A DNA stretch of 64,000 bases, taken from NCBI RefSeq assembly GCF_001194135.2, contig NC_068993.1, positions 2,435,840 through 2,499,839 on the forward strand, given 5' to 3'. The first letter of the stretch is position 1. Every line of letters starts with the position of its first letter. The position numbers were made by a program, and so were the translations under genes. Shown piece by piece: positions 38,508-52,643 of this stretch. Source of the stretch: Octopus bimaculoides (Eukaryota). The notes under the pieces are model-generated. The model was not told the DNA's origin. It saw only the letters and a program-made list of their open reading frames with translations, and did no database searches.

Positions 38508-38611
38508 GATATACAACCCAACTTGAGAAATCAATTAAACAACCAGCCAGCCAGTCAGCCAGCCAACCAATGTTTGTATCAGTTGAGGAGGTGGACAGGC
38601 AGAAACGTTAA

Positions 38612-38795
38612 CACGTCAGGAAAAATGCTTAGTGGTATTTCGTCCACCTTTACGTTCTGAATTCAAATTCCGCCGAAGTCGACTCGGCCTCTCAATAAAA
38701 TAAGTACCATTTGAAAACTTGGGTCATTGTAATTGACTCAACCCCCACCCCACTAGAAGTTGCTGGCCTTGTGCCAAAATTTGAAGCCATTATCA
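38612..38795 (+). mobile_element. SINE family A with internal deletion
   Basis: aaatgcttagtggtatttcg...ttcaaattccgccgaagtcgact...ggccttgtgccaaaatttgaagcc. Confidence 0.88.
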
Positions 38796-39113
38796 AATAG
38801 ATATTGTAATTGCTGTTGTTATTGGAAGTGGCAGAATCGGAAGAGGATCGGAGAAACTACCTTACGCTATTTCTTCCGGATATTTACATCTGAAGTTCAA
38901 GACCTCGTTGATGTCATCTCTGTTACATTTGGTTCAATAAGTTAAGTGGAGTCGAAGGTATCCACTGAAATCGCCCTTCACGTAAAAATCTAGCCTTGTC
39001 TCTGAATGAGAAAACATGATATTGTAATGGCATTTTCTATGCAATAATACAGAACTAACATAAAGGTTTACTAATTATATCTATAATAAATATGTTGGAA
39101 CATTAAAAGCTCA

Positions 39114-39402
39114 GGCGTGGATGTGTGGTTAAGAAATCGTTCCATCACTAAGAGGTCTTCAGTCCAGTCCTACTGTACGGCATTTTAAGTGTCTTGTAAG
39201 GGCCAGCGAGTATATATATATGCGTGTGTGTGTGTGTGTGTCCTTGTGATTGTCCCACATCACCGCTTGACATCCGCTATTGGTTTGTTTACGTCCCTGT
39301 TACATAGTGGTCAGGCAAACCATAATCTAGAATAAATTTCAGACTAAATATTTCTAGGCAGTGCCCCAGCATGGTCGGAGTCCAGTGACTGAAATAAGTG
39401 GA
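39114..39402 (+). mobile_element. SINE family B, diverged
   Basis: ggcgtggatgtgtggttaagaa head, internal TA/TG repeat, gtttacgtccc, tail gtgccccagcatgg...tgactgaaataag, as in the 63150 copy. Confidence 0.85.
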
Positions 39403-40541
39403 AGGAAAAAATATTTGTTCCGTATCATTGTTTCTATTTCCAAAAGAAATTCTTTTGAAGGCAATCGAATAAGCGGACCATCTTCCGATTTGTATTCATA
39501 TCTGTAAATATCAACTGCAAGTGTTATTATAATGACCTGATATTTTGAGAAAAGTCAATGATTTCACTGTCTCCTGATATTTAAAATCACAGGGTGAAAT
39601 ATCTATAAATACATATGTATATTTATGAAATATTCTTTCTTGTATGTTAATATATATTTTAGGAAATATATNNNNNNNNNNNNNNNNNNNNNNNNNNNNN
39701 NNNNNNNNNNNNNNNNNNNNNNNNNNNNNNNNNNNNNNNNNNNNNNNNNNNNNNNNNNNNNNNNNNNNNNNNNNNNNNNNNNNNNNNNNNNNNNNNNNNN
39801 NNNNNNNNNNNNNNNNNNNNNNNNNNNNNNNNNNNNNNNNNNNNNNNNNNNNNNNNNNNNNNNNNNNNNNNNNNNNNNNNNNNNNNNNNNNNNNNNNNNN
39901 NNNNNNNNNNNNNNNNNNNNNNNNNNNNNNNNNNNNNNNNNNNNNNNNNNNNNNNNNNNNNNNNNNNNNNNNNNNNNNNNNNNNNNNNNNNNNNNNNNNN
40001 NNNNNNNNNNNNNNNNNNNNNNNNNNNNNNNNNNNNNNNNNNNNNNNNNNNNNNNNNNNNNNNNNNNNNNNNNNNNNNNNNNNNNNNNNNNNNNNNNNNN
40101 NNNNNNNNNNNNNNNNNNNNNNNNNNNNNNNNNNNNNNNNNNNNNNNNNNNNNNNNNNNNNNNNNNNNNNNNNNNNNNNNNNNNNNNNNNNNNNNNNNNN
40201 NNNNNNNNNNNNNNNNNNNNNNNNNNNNNNNNNNNNNNNNNNNNNNNNNNNNNNNNNNNNNNNNNNNNNNNNNNNNNNNNNNNNNNNNNNNNNNNNNNNN
40301 NNNNNNNNNNNNNNNNNNNGTATGTATGTATGCGTATGTATGTTTGTATGTATGTGTGTGTGTATGTATATATATATATATGTATGCATGTTTGTATGTA
40401 TGTATGTATGTAGGAATGTATGTATATGTGTGTATGTATGTACGTACATATACATATATATTAATATGGAAAGACATATACGTGCATATACATGTATATT
40501 CTTGCATGTATGCGCATACATATTTATATATGCATGTATAA

Positions 40542-40582
<41 letters not shown>

Positions 40583-41399
40583 GGTATATGCACACATATG
40601 CAAATGAATTTATCTGCGTTGGTGTTTTCCAAGATGTACGTATGTATATTTACACAAGCATATACGTATGTATACGCAGATGAATGCATCTCTGTGCGAG
40701 TACGTATGCATGTGTATACGCATATACACACTTTAGCATGTGTACAAGCTCATACACACATATATGTATATGAATATGCATATGTATATACCTGTATGTG
40801 CGGCTACATGTGTGCATGTGTGTGTGTGTGTGTGTGTGTGCCCCCGCGCGTGTGTATTTGCGTGCTTGTATGTGTATGTGCATATGTATACATGTGCGTA
40901 TATGTGTTAAATCACATCGAAATTATTCAGCAACATGCTTCACATTTGGAAGAAGTCTCTATCGCTCTAGAATGGAATTAATTTGCATTTGTTATTTGGT
41001 ATTAAAATAACTTCCTTGTTGATTGCAAAATTAACATAGAATATTAACAGAACTTTTCATTCAGTTAAATATAAAGTTATTCATATTTTGTTAATGTTCT
41101 TTATTGCTGGTACTGAAGACGTAAGGTGGAAATGATTAAACTTTAAATACAGGAAAAACGAAAATAGTAACATCCGGATTTTGATAAAAATCAATTTTTA
41201 TTTCCAGTTAAATCCACTTAGATCTTATTTAATATGCAAAAGGACGTTTTAGACGTGTGTGTGTGTTTTTGTGTGTGTGTATGTGAGTGTGTGTGTGTGT
41301 GTGTTTGTGTGTGCTTGTGGCCGAGTATTTAGCATACAATAATCTCGTAGTATATCGTTTTATTCTCAAATCCTCCCTGTTTTCTAATTCGCTAGAACG

Positions 41400-41570
41400 T
41401 TCACCTGTGTCTACTGACTCCATGTAATAACTTAAGCTGTTGCTAGGAGTAGTAGCCAAATCTTCCCTAAATCGCTCATTACCTTCTAATGTTCCAGAGG
41501 TTTCTCCTGTCTGTGTTGCAGCGATCTGATAGCCATAAGCTATTGTTAGAAATAGCAGCCAAATATCTCT
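41400..41570 (-). repeat. Repeat family C-related units (gatttggctgctatttcta), two in tandem
   Basis: Minus strand has gatatttggctgctatttctaaca and gatttggctactactcctagca; similar to 44413, 58983 and 30169. Confidence 0.55.
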
Positions 41571-43074
41571 TACCTCATTCCTCTCTAATATTCCTGAATG
41601 TTCCACTTTTTGGGGTTGTTTGTAATTGTTTTGGTTAACTTTCAGCTAGAAATCGGAGCCATGTCTCACTATTATTCTAGAAGGTTCTTTGATAGATATT
41701 TTCATTGAGAGATTTGTACTTTGTTTCAACCTTCATGGCAGTTCAGGTGATGCCAGAACTCGTTCGTACTTTCGAGACGATAAGAAAATAAAATAACCGC
41801 GGCACAGGGGTAGGAATGTTCCTTCTTTTCTTTTACTCATTCTCTCATAATTTGCACAGAGGATTTGTTACAAAACAGAAGGAAGACATCCGGAAGATGG
41901 CAACCAGAAAATCGCCGTTATATTCTCCCACGGATATTCTAAGAGAACTACGTTACGTTCCTCCAAGAAGTTACCAGGGATCGATCCAGGCACTGACAAC
42001 ACAAGGGTGTAAAGACATTACTTGACAGTTTGTTTCAACGAGTTCGGTCAGAGATCTATTTTCTGAAAAGAGATAATTGAAACATCTAGCTGCGCTCTAA
42101 CAGTTGAAGTTAGTTGTGGTGGCTAAAAATACAAAGAAAATGGTATTTTCAGCAGTCATTGTTTGCAACATTAATGTTTGGACAATATAATAATATATGT
42201 CTTTTAGTACGACTTGTTAGAGCGATTTTGGTGAGAAAAAACAAGACAAAATGTGTAAAGAAACAAGGCAAAACAAATGGGAAATATAAAATGGTGATTA
42301 GTCTTTCCAAATATAACATTGTAGGTATAAAGTTAGATCATTATAATATCATTTGATTTAAACAATATCCTATTAGCAAAGTGTTTCCATGTACACAGTA
42401 GTGCAGACGACCAAACCGACCTGTCTCTCTCACTCTTTCTTTCTTTCTAATAAATATGTGTGTGTATGTGTGTGCGAGAGTGAGTGCGTACGTATGTGTG
42501 TGTAAGAGTGGGTAAATGTGCGTGAGTAGTTCTGCTTGCACGCGTTTTGCAGTATATTTTTGTAGTTGTTTTTGCTGAGTTCATATCACGCGTTTAATTT
42601 CTGGTTTATCCTTTTGGAGCCGAGAAACAAAATACCATTCGACAGACAAGTATAATAGTAAGTTTATTAGAATATGAAACCTTTTACCATGCAGTGTCCT
42701 CGGCACTAGGATTTCTGACGATGGTACGAAACTGTATCACCGTTCTCTTGGGCAACATGCTACCGAGGAAAGTGGAAATTTGCATATTTGTTGGCTGGTC
42801 AAAATTCATCATCTTTTATTAACGACAAGATTAATCAAATTACATTTAGTTGATACTTTTCTGGTTATTAAATTTTCAATATGACATGAATACATATATG
42901 AGAGACTTAGTTTTCAAACAAATATAGTATTTCATATTAGAATTTACTCTACTATCAATAATATTTGCCCTTGTATCATTTACTGTTATAGGAATTTTAC
43001 AATGCGGAGGCTTGTCAAACATTTAAAGGTCGAAGATACGGTGCTATTTACTTTACCATAAGTATTATATATCT

Positions 43075-43134
43075 GTATCTATAACTATATCCATATCTAT
43101 CTATCTATCTTTCTATCTATCTATCTATCTATCA

Positions 43135-43173
<39 letters not shown>

Positions 43174-43210
43174 CATCTATCCATCTATCTATCTATCTAT
43201 CTCTCTATCT
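43075..43210. repeat. (TATC)n microsatellite
   Basis: Visible directly; similar arrays at 740-840, 13070-13135 and 13875-13930. Confidence 0.95.
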
Positions 43211-43639
43211 ATATGTGTGTGAGTATGTCTCTGTTTTCTCTTCCACTCCATATAAACATACATACACATATATATATATTTATATGTGTGTGTGTGTGGA
43301 GTGGAGTGGAAAAGATAGAGAATGCTGCTGCAAAATAAGCTAGAAGGTGATAAAGAAATTAAGAGATTGAGAGAGAAACAGTGAAAAGGAAAGGTGTAAG
43401 AGAACAGAAGAAAGAAACTGACAGGTGAGTTAAAGTGATAAATGTTGGTTTGACCATTAGATTAACTAGCAGAGAAACCACAACGGCTTTCGTGTGACAT
43501 TCCTGTCATCTGAAAGAGACATACATTCATGTGAGTTGAAATAAGTATGTGTACTGGAAGTCTAATGGAGGAACGCTGACATAAATTGTGTCTTCTTTAT
43601 CAGTTCTTCTACTCGTTACTTTCTGTGTTTATCTTGTAG

Positions 43640-43850
43640 ACAAACTTACAAACTGCCAAATTTAAGATCAAACTTTGGTCAACTTTTCGATTTGTGAGTC
43701 CTCTTTAAGCTTCAGAATATTAAACCACTCATTACAGTAATCCATTAAATCGAAACTATTTGATCCACGACCGTCATCGCTGCACTTTCTATATCTTCTA
43801 AAACGTTCATTTCAGGTATTTCATTACAAATATCTCCCATGCAGGTTTCT
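43640..43850 (-). mobile_element. Possible mariner transposase N-terminal relic
   Basis: ERFRR.RKCSDDGRG resembles the RF..G..S.ED..RSGRP motif; disrupted. Confidence 0.3.
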
Positions 43851-43999
43851 TTTCGTCTACTAATTACAAGGGTGTTCCTAGGTAATGGACTTAAGTCAAC
43901 TCACTGAATTATATTTGTGACATATTACCTGAGATGTAAATAAACCAACGCTTTTCGAAAGGTCGTGCTTTATAAGCCATTGTTATTTTGTCACGTGAC

Positions 44000-44450
44000 T
44001 GTTGTTTAGTCCCAGATAAACCCTGATCACGTAGATCTATGATCCAAAACACTTTCGACTGTGATCACCCCCCCCCCCCNNNNNNNNNNAACCATCGTTT
44101 CCTTTTCAGCGTTTCCAGAAATGCAATTATCAAAGGTGTACGTTCTTCAAGAAACAACGTAGCGCGTGGTTTTAGCGAGACTTGATTATTACTTCAAGCA
44201 AGTCGAGAGACTACATTATGTTATCTTTGTTAACGCGATATTCTATGATGTTGATGTTGAAGTTGTTTAGCCCCAGGTCAGTTTTTTTTTATGAGCAACT
44301 ATGATCAGAGACACTCCTGTTGCAACTATCCCATCATTATTTCAGACAGCATATCCAGGACTATTATCCAATCTGTTTCCTTTACTTTTTTGAGGAGGTA
44401 GAGGGGTGTGGTTATTTCTAGCAGCTCAAAAGATCTCTCGGAGGTTCTTG
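44000..44450 (+). repeat. Repeat family C, two internal units
   Basis: gttgtttagtcccagataaaccctgatc..ctatgatc and gttgtttagccccaggtcag..ctatgatcag, then tatttctagcag; 10-nt N gap inside. Confidence 0.6.
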
Positions 44451-44983
44451 GATTCGTCGTTTTGTTATATTTAAGATATTTAGAAGCAAAAAGAAAAAAA
44501 GAAATACTTGAGTAAATGCCATGTAGTATTCATTTTGACCATTCTACTTTCGATTTCAAATCAATACAAATATACATCATAGACTGTTCATACAAATATA
44601 TGGATACACTCAAGCATATAAATTCAAACACACAACGCATATCTATACATCTATACATACATACATTCATACATATATGAATACATGTGCGCATGTCTGG
44701 ACATGCAACTATATACATGAGAATAGATGTATAAAATAAAACATACATACGTATATAACATATGAATATATACATATATCTACATATATACACACATATA
44801 CAACTATACACACATTCGCATACACACACATGCATATATATGTATATGTATGTCCATATCTATGTATTTTTGGAAACACTGACGTAGAGGTTTGCGTGTA
44901 ACTCTAATTTGTAGCAGAGAGCCTTGTGGTAAATATTTATACACAATTTCTGCATTGAGTACTACATGCGTGTATGTATGTGT

Positions 44984-45052
<69 letters not shown>

Positions 45053-45884
45053 AATGGGTATATGAATGTGAGAGTAAGTGAGTATTTGTGTGCGCATATA
45101 TTTACAATTTTATGCAGCGCTCACTCAGATAATGGCGCATGCTTTTGCGCAAACAATAAACACGTATTACTAGTTATCGTTTTCTTCCTCAAACAATGCT
45201 AAGACACAAATAACTTGCAATCTTTTCTCATTTATTTTTGCCATATTCTTCTCCCATTATTTCACAATGCCATGATCATTCCCATCTGGATAATTGCATA
45301 CCATTTTTGCACACTCACTTCACTGACACAAACTTATTTCTTTTACTTTTTTTGTTCGTTTAATTGTGACTTACCGTTTTTTTTTTTTTTTGCTTTTTAC
45401 TTTTGTTGTTGTTTCATTCTTTCGTATCTCATTTCTCCTATTTTTTCCGAACTTTTGGAGATTCATCAACAAGAATTAGTTGCAATTCTGCTGCCACACC
45501 TATTCACTAAGGCTGCAGAACCCTATAATTTCCTATTAAATTGCTATCTTAACAAGTTTACAGTTTAGCAATGTCTGTTATGTAGTTTATAACAGCAGCG
45601 TAAGTCTCCACCAGACACTGTCTCCATCAGAGGTGCTTCTGTCACTTGCTTGCTTCCTTCTTCGCTACTTCTACACTTCTCGTCCTCGCTTTTTTTGCTC
45701 TCTCTCTCTCTCACTTTCTCTCTCTATCTCTATCTCGCTCTCAGACACACACACACGCACCCACGTACACACACACATACATACACACACATATACATAC
45801 ATACATACATACACATATAAGCACGTACGCATAATAAATATAAACATATATACGGAAAAATACAGATAGATATCCATATACCGG

Positions 45885-45915
<31 letters not shown>

Positions 45916-46193
45916 GCACAAACACACACACATATACACACACACACATACACACACACACACATACACACACACACACATATTAATATTTCATATATAA
46001 TCACATATACATATGTACGTGGGCATGTGTGGGCACTAGGCGTACTGTAGTTCATTTGTATATCCAGACATACAAATATCTTCAGGAAAATGGCTACATT
46101 TTTAGACTTCAAACACCCATTCACACTCACTCTTTATTTCTCTCTTTTCCTCTTTTCCTCTCGCTCTTTCTACTTGTATGCACATACACACGC

Positions 46194-46242
<49 letters not shown>

Positions 46243-46632
46243 NNNNNNNNNNNNNNNNNNNNNNNNNNNNNNNNNNNNNNNNNNNNNNNNNNNNNNNNNN
46301 NNNNNNNNNNNNNNNNNNNNNNNNNNNNNNNNNNNNNNNNNNNNNNNNNNNNNNNNNNNNNNNNNNNNNNNNNNNNNNNNNNNNNNNNNNNNNNNNNNNN
46401 NNNNNNNNNNNNNNNNNNNNNNNNNNNNNNNNNNNNNNNNNNNNNNNNNNNNNNNNNNNNNNNNNNNNNNNNNNNNNNNNNNNNNNNNNNNNNNNNNNNN
46501 NNNNNNNNNNNNNNNNNNNNNNNNNNNNNNNNNNNNNNNNNNNNNNNNNNNNNNNNNNNNNNNNNNNNNNNNNNNNNNNNNNNNNNNNNNNNNNNNNNNN
46601 NNNNNNNNNNNNNNNNNNNNNNNNNNNNNNNN

Positions 46633-46677
<45 letters not shown>

Positions 46678-48297
46678 CATATCATATATTATATATGTAG
46701 GCATGTATATAGTGACAGGAAAGTACCATTTATATTTTGGCATGTTTTGAGTCTGTTTTCACATTCGTTTGCTTTTAACACTATTTATATATCACCTCAA
46801 ATAATGATAATCCCGTTCAAATGTTTTATTTACTTCTTATTTTTGTTTATATTTTCTGGTTGTAGACATTCACAGATATAGAAAGATTAATTTGTATTTC
46901 GATATTGTGAAAACATAACGTAATTACAATGTCTTTCTATTTTTTTTGTTTGATTTATTTTTGGTTTTTGTTATTTCGATTCCTTGTTTCGCTGTTGGTT
47001 TCTTGTGAAATTTCTTTCTACACAAACGTAACTATAAATAGCTAATTGCTACTTTTGCCAAGGTCCTCTCCCCATGCAGGTTTTGTTCCTTAAGTGCTGT
47101 TTGTTGTTTGGGTGAAAGAAGAGGGGAAACACATTTTCTCTTTGTTGTTTGCTGTCTGAAAAGATTGATATAAAACCGTTGACTAGTAATGAGGTTGTTA
47201 GTTATGTTCACAGTCTTTGATCTGTTATTTTACTGGCTTTAGACTTAGTCTTGTTAAATGGCCGCCTAACATCATACCTTTCTCTTTATTTCTGTTACAA
47301 GTCTACGGTAAATTACTGGAGTTTAGCAGCAGTCTTCGATATTATTCTTATTTTATTCTATTGTTGTACTTTGGTGGATAATGTTCCGTAGAAAAACAAT
47401 TGTTATTGTATTTTCTCATTTTCTTCTGCTTTGTATTTACAACGAAAAATTTTGTTCAGTAGTTTAGCTACGCAAGAAAACAAATTTTTTTACTGCTAAG
47501 CACTTTCCCATAAACACGATTTATTTATGATGATAGTTATTTAAGGAGGTATCGTCGTCTTTGAAACACACCAATCACACAACGTGTGTTTTGTAAGTCA
47601 GCAATTTAATTAATTAATTTCTATTCCTTTTCTACTGAGATTCCTCGAAATGCACAAACAAGTTTAAAAGTAATAAATCATACATGAATCTGATAAAGAG
47701 ATGTATTCTGTCTTGCTTCATTTACACGGAAGAGTATGTAAACAGCTCAACATCTGCACGGAAGGTGGGCTCAGGACTGTTGCATGAAGTTAACAAGGCT
47801 TGTGTTTAATTCGCTATAAAATCCATCGGGACGAAGCTCTTATTTTTGTTTGTGTAGTAGCAAGAGGATAAAGAAGTTTCTCACATTGGATAATTATCTG
47901 GTATTCCACTTGATTTCTGAAGAACATACTGGAAATAATTCACTAGCTATGTGACATAATCCATGATAAATGAAATATTACACACTTCTATGTTCAGAAA
48001 GAAGATGGAAATATTGCATTGCCTATACATTCACATCCTCCAATGAGCTTTTATCGTGACTGCCTTGTCCGGGAAGCAATTAATTCTGTTCTTTAGGGAT
48101 GAAAACCCATGGCAAATATTTCATACAGATTCTAACGGAAAACATTAAGTAAACACACGAAAAACTTTTTCACGATTCTACAAACATTATTTAGCTGGTA
48201 ACAGAAAGAATGGATATATATATACGTTTGTGAAATAATTCTTTTTAACGATGGAACTTAAATTAGAAAAGCTATAAATAAACTTTTATACAACAGG

Positions 48298-48478
48298 AAC
48301 AAAGCCTGAAATATTGGCGGAGGGGCTTAAAGACGATTACATCTACCCCAATCTTTAATTGGTACTTATTTTATCGATCTCAGATGTATGAAAAGTGAAG
48401 TTGAACTCATAACATAATGATTGATGAAATACCGCTAAGTATTTTGTCCGGCATTGTAACTTTCCTGCATGCTTGCTA
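48298..48478 (-). mobile_element. SINE family A, diverged
   Basis: tggtacttattttatcgatc...gaactca...ccgctaagtattttgtccggc. Confidence 0.85.
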
Positions 48479-48548
48479 CCTCAGAAAAAGCTTTAAATAA
48501 TAACAAGAAAATATTGGTCAAAATACCTTTTGAATAGACAAGGCCAAA

Positions 48549-48616
48549 GTCTGCCCATGGGATTCGAACCCACATCTGTAATCATGACAGACGTTCAACC
48601 ATTGGACCAAGGCGAC
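48549..48616 (-). pseudogene. tRNA-like cloverleaf (non-canonical; probable tRNA pseudogene)
   Basis: GTCGCCT TG GTCC AATGGTT GAAC G TCTGT CATGATT ACAGA T GTGGG TTCGAAT CCCAT GGGCAGAC. Four arms pair, but the anticodon loop lacks U33/R37 and the variable region is 1 nt. Confidence 0.6.
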
Positions 48617-49490
48617 CCTTCGAATTTCTCTATCCGTTTTTTGAAACTTTATTCTTTCCAGCGAGAATTGTATGTTGCTGACGTTATAACAATCTAGAAA
48701 TATAAATAGAATGTGAAATAATTCGGTTATAACTGTTACACTCGAAGTCGATAAAGCTACAAATGATAGCATGCAAATATTTGGTTTAAAACCCCTTATC
48801 TATACATATATGTGAATAAAACCCCTTTGGACAGAAAAGGTCGAATGCTGCGCATGGGATACGAACGCACGACATAAGCAACATATGGCTGTATTGCATC
48901 GAGGACTAGAGAATGTTTTTTTGAGTGAATCTAAACCGTTTAACAGAGACCTGCTTGATATTTGAATTAGCGGGATGCAGCAGCTTAGATGTTTCTGCAG
49001 TTCTCTGGTGCAAGTTACGCCTTCAAAATCAAAATTATGGTTATGGCATTCTGTTTTCTAATAGAGTTTTCTTAATCAGATATCGCTAATTTAAGTATAG
49101 AGTGAAGAAGGATTAACGGTATAACGAAGAAAAGAAGAATATTGATGGAAATAGGATTCCTTATAAATTATCACCTCTGCTACGGAGGAAGACATTCTGG
49201 TGTGACTGGGAGGGTGATGATAGCATGTACATACAATTACAATTACACATACGTACACACATACACACACTCGAACAGACACACACACAACCTATATACG
49301 TGTGTGGTGGGATATATATGTACACACATTTATAAATCTACTTATATGTGTGTGCGTGTGTGTGTATCTAGATATACATATCTATATGTCTGTATATATT
49401 TGTGTATCTAACCATATATGAATATATATATACGTGTATGTAACGTGTACTTATATGTATACACACACACACACACGAGCTCACAAAATC

Positions 49491-49530
<40 letters not shown>

Positions 49531-49820
49531 GTACAGAGACACAAGGAGAAAAAGACTGAGAAATCCCTATGCTCTTTTGCAATGTATGTTTAGATTTGTT
49601 TCATGCGATCCTCTCAAGGTTCCTAAAGGTCAACTGTAAGTGCTCCTGGAGGAAATCGTGTAACTTCAAACGTTGCTGCCTCTGAAGAATGACACATTCA
49701 AAATCATACGCGTACACTAACACATATTTTATGCACATGTAGTATGTATAGATAAGTGTATGTATATGGGTGGGTATATGTGTATATACATACATATATA
49801 AATACGTATCTGTGTGTGAA

Positions 49821-50132
49821 GGCCCGTGGCGTAGTGGTAGGGAGTTTTCGGCTCACGATCGTAATGTTGTGATTTCGATAACTGACAGCGTGCGGTGTCC
49901 TTCAGCAAGACACCATATTTCACGTTGCTTCAGCTGGCAAAAATGAACAGCATCTGCAATTCAAGAGTTCAGCGTTCTCAAATTCTGCATGACGCTTAAT
50001 CTCCATAAAAACTACGTAAAGGGTACGCGTGTCTATGGAGTACTCAGCCACTTGTAAGTTAATTTCACGAACAGATTCTACCGTTGATCGGATCAACTGA
50101 AATACTCGTCGTCGCAAGTGACTGAGTTCCAG
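49821..50132 (+). mobile_element. tRNA-headed SINE family D
   Basis: A box ggcgtagtggtag, degenerate B box gatttcgataac, gtgtccttcagcaagacac; 3' part ggagtactcagccac..gttgatcggatca also seen degenerate at about 9525-9595. Confidence 0.8.
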
Positions 50133-50189
50133 TTATTGTGTTATATATATATACATACGTATATATATAATTGTCACTAAATATAACAT

Positions 50190-50383
50190 GGGTGTTAGAA
50201 CTCCTAGATTGCTAGAAATAAGAGCTAAAAAGATCAAATACTGTAGTTGAAGAACATAACTGTACACCGGTGTTTTCGGGCGTTTCCATCGATGTCAGTA
50301 CATATGTATACAATTATGTGCTTTAACTACGGAATTAGAGCTTTTTAGCTCTTATTTCTAGCAATGTAGGTGTTCTCACAACC
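50190..50383. repeat. Long inverted repeat / fold-back MITE-like element
   Basis: Arms about 50190-50265 and 50306-50383; attgctagaaataagagctaaaaag is a perfect inverted match. Confidence 0.9.
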
Positions 50384-50459
50384 TTAGTCGCATTTACTGC
50401 TGTTTATATTAATTTTACCTGCGTCCATTATTACGAACTCATACACGTCATTGTTATTA

Positions 50460-50581
50460 TAAATATAATCATCATAGTCATCACCATCGCAATCACCAGC
50501 CTTATCACCTTCATCCCATCATGATCGTCACTAACACCTCCACCACTGCCACCACCACCATAGCCATCACGATCATCATCG

Positions 50582-50631
<50 letters not shown>

Positions 50632-50700
50632 GTCATCGTCATCGTCATCGTCATCATCATCATCACCACTACCGCATCCACCACCATCGACAACCTCAAA
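50460..50700. repeat. (ATC)n with cryptic flanks
   Basis: Visible directly. Confidence 0.93.
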
Positions 50701-51562
50701 CTCATGAAATATTTCAATTTTTTCCCCCCTAAAAGCGCTTTCAGCTTGTAAAATTTTAGCGAAATTCGGAATGTAATTTTATTGTTGAAAGAAACAAAAA
50801 GAAAGAAAAAAATGTATATTGACAGAACGAGTTGACTTGCGTCAGCTAAAGAAAAGTTAAAAACTTGGAAAGAAAAACCAATTCCATAATAAAAAGAAAT
50901 ATCAAAAAAAAAAAAAAAAGGCAGATTGTTTAATGAAGCGTTCTTTAACGATCTCCTGTTTCTGCAACAAATTCTTTCTTTCCAGTCTTTCAGAATTTGA
51001 ATAAAATATCTTTACTTTCGCTACTAAGTGCAGTATTAAGAAAATTCTAGATGCTTTAATGTAGTTCATATTGTCTGGTCATATGCAGAAATATATGTGC
51101 CGCTGAAGAGTGTACGTGAATGAGGAGTTAAAGAGAGTAAAAGAGTGAAAGAGAGAGAGAGAAAGAGAGAGAGAGGGAGAGAGAGATAGTGAGAGGGAAG
51201 GGAAGACATATGTATATGTCTGTGTATGTGTGTATATATATGTATATATTTTTGTATATATACATACCTATATATATATATATTTATATATATATATATA
51301 TACGTATACATATATATATATATGTATACGTATATATGTATATGTATGTATATAAATACATATATAATATACATACATACATACATACATACACACACAT
51401 ATATATATATATTTATATATATATATATATAAATATATATATANNNNNNNNNNNNNNNNNNNNNNNNNNNNNNNNNNNNNNNNNNNNNNNNNNNNNNNNN
51501 NNNNNNNNNNNNNNNNNNNNNNNNNNNNNNNNNNNNNNNNNNNNNNNNNNNNNNNNNNNNNN

Positions 51563-51625
<63 letters not shown>

Positions 51626-52567
51626 TTATGCATACAAAGACAGAGCGAGAGAGGATGAGGGAGAGAAAATAGAAAGCTCAGAAAGGAAAAGGTAACGTAC
51701 AGACGTACCCAGCCGTGATAATCCTTTTTTTATTTTTGGTTTTAATTTAGAATGTTATGATAAAACGTAGAGCGAAATGTTCTCACAAACATGGATATTC
51801 ACCAATCAAAGCCTGCGTAAGAAGTAGAATTATGTTTATTATTCACACACAAAATACAATTTATGCTTTTAATCCGAACTTGCATCATTCATCCGCTGTA
51901 GAATTGATACAAAGCCTTCTTTTTTACATTTCAGTCTGGTAATAAAGGACGAAAATCTGAAACTTCTTTTAAAACCTTCCCCTTACTGTAAAATTAATTA
52001 TCTTTTACTCATTATCTATTTATGCTATTCTTCTGTTTGTATACACGTTCTTATCCACTCAAAATGTCTAAGCGTCATTTAGAAAAGCGAATGTATTTGC
52101 GTCAATGAGAATAGAGTTGGTAGGACGTAAAACAACTGACCTTGTAGAATTTGATCCGGTTCTTTGCGTTTTGAACTCAATCGCGCAGAGGGCGGATTTA
52201 CCATAATATTTTGAAGTCGATAAAATAAAATTAAAATCACAGTTCAGGAATGTTTACTTATGAAATTGTTATAGCGTGGACGAGAGGCCATGTAGATCTT
52301 AGCCATTGGAATGTGTGTACGGTTAAGAATATACAACATCTATTGTTTCTACAAAATATGCAGATATTAAATATGAATTATATATATGGAGATATGACTG
52401 TTTATCTGGGCAGGTATATGTATCTACAGTTCTATACGTATGAATGTATATTGACTAACGTGTGAAGATGCGGTTATGTGTGTATGTATGTGTCTGTATA
52501 TACATATGTACATATATATATATATATATGTCTGTATGTGTGTATATACATGTATATATGTATATAC

Positions 52568-52643
<76 letters not shown>

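Noticed and set aside
39511-40981. Long ORFs of 262-445 aa, and all other ORFs containing X
   Set aside because: They span N gaps and (TA)/(CA)/(TATG) repeats; artefacts.
41229-41606. 125-aa minus-strand ORF
   Set aside because: Overlaps repeat family C units and an AC microsatellite; no recognisable domain.
42715-42736. CTGACGA-tggtac-GAAAC-tGTA hammerhead core
   Set aside because: No helix I pairing and almost no helix II; plausible by chance in a window this size.
46029-46130. Protein-like stretch TYKYLQENGYIFRLQ after an AG
   Set aside because: No donor site; runs into simple repeats.
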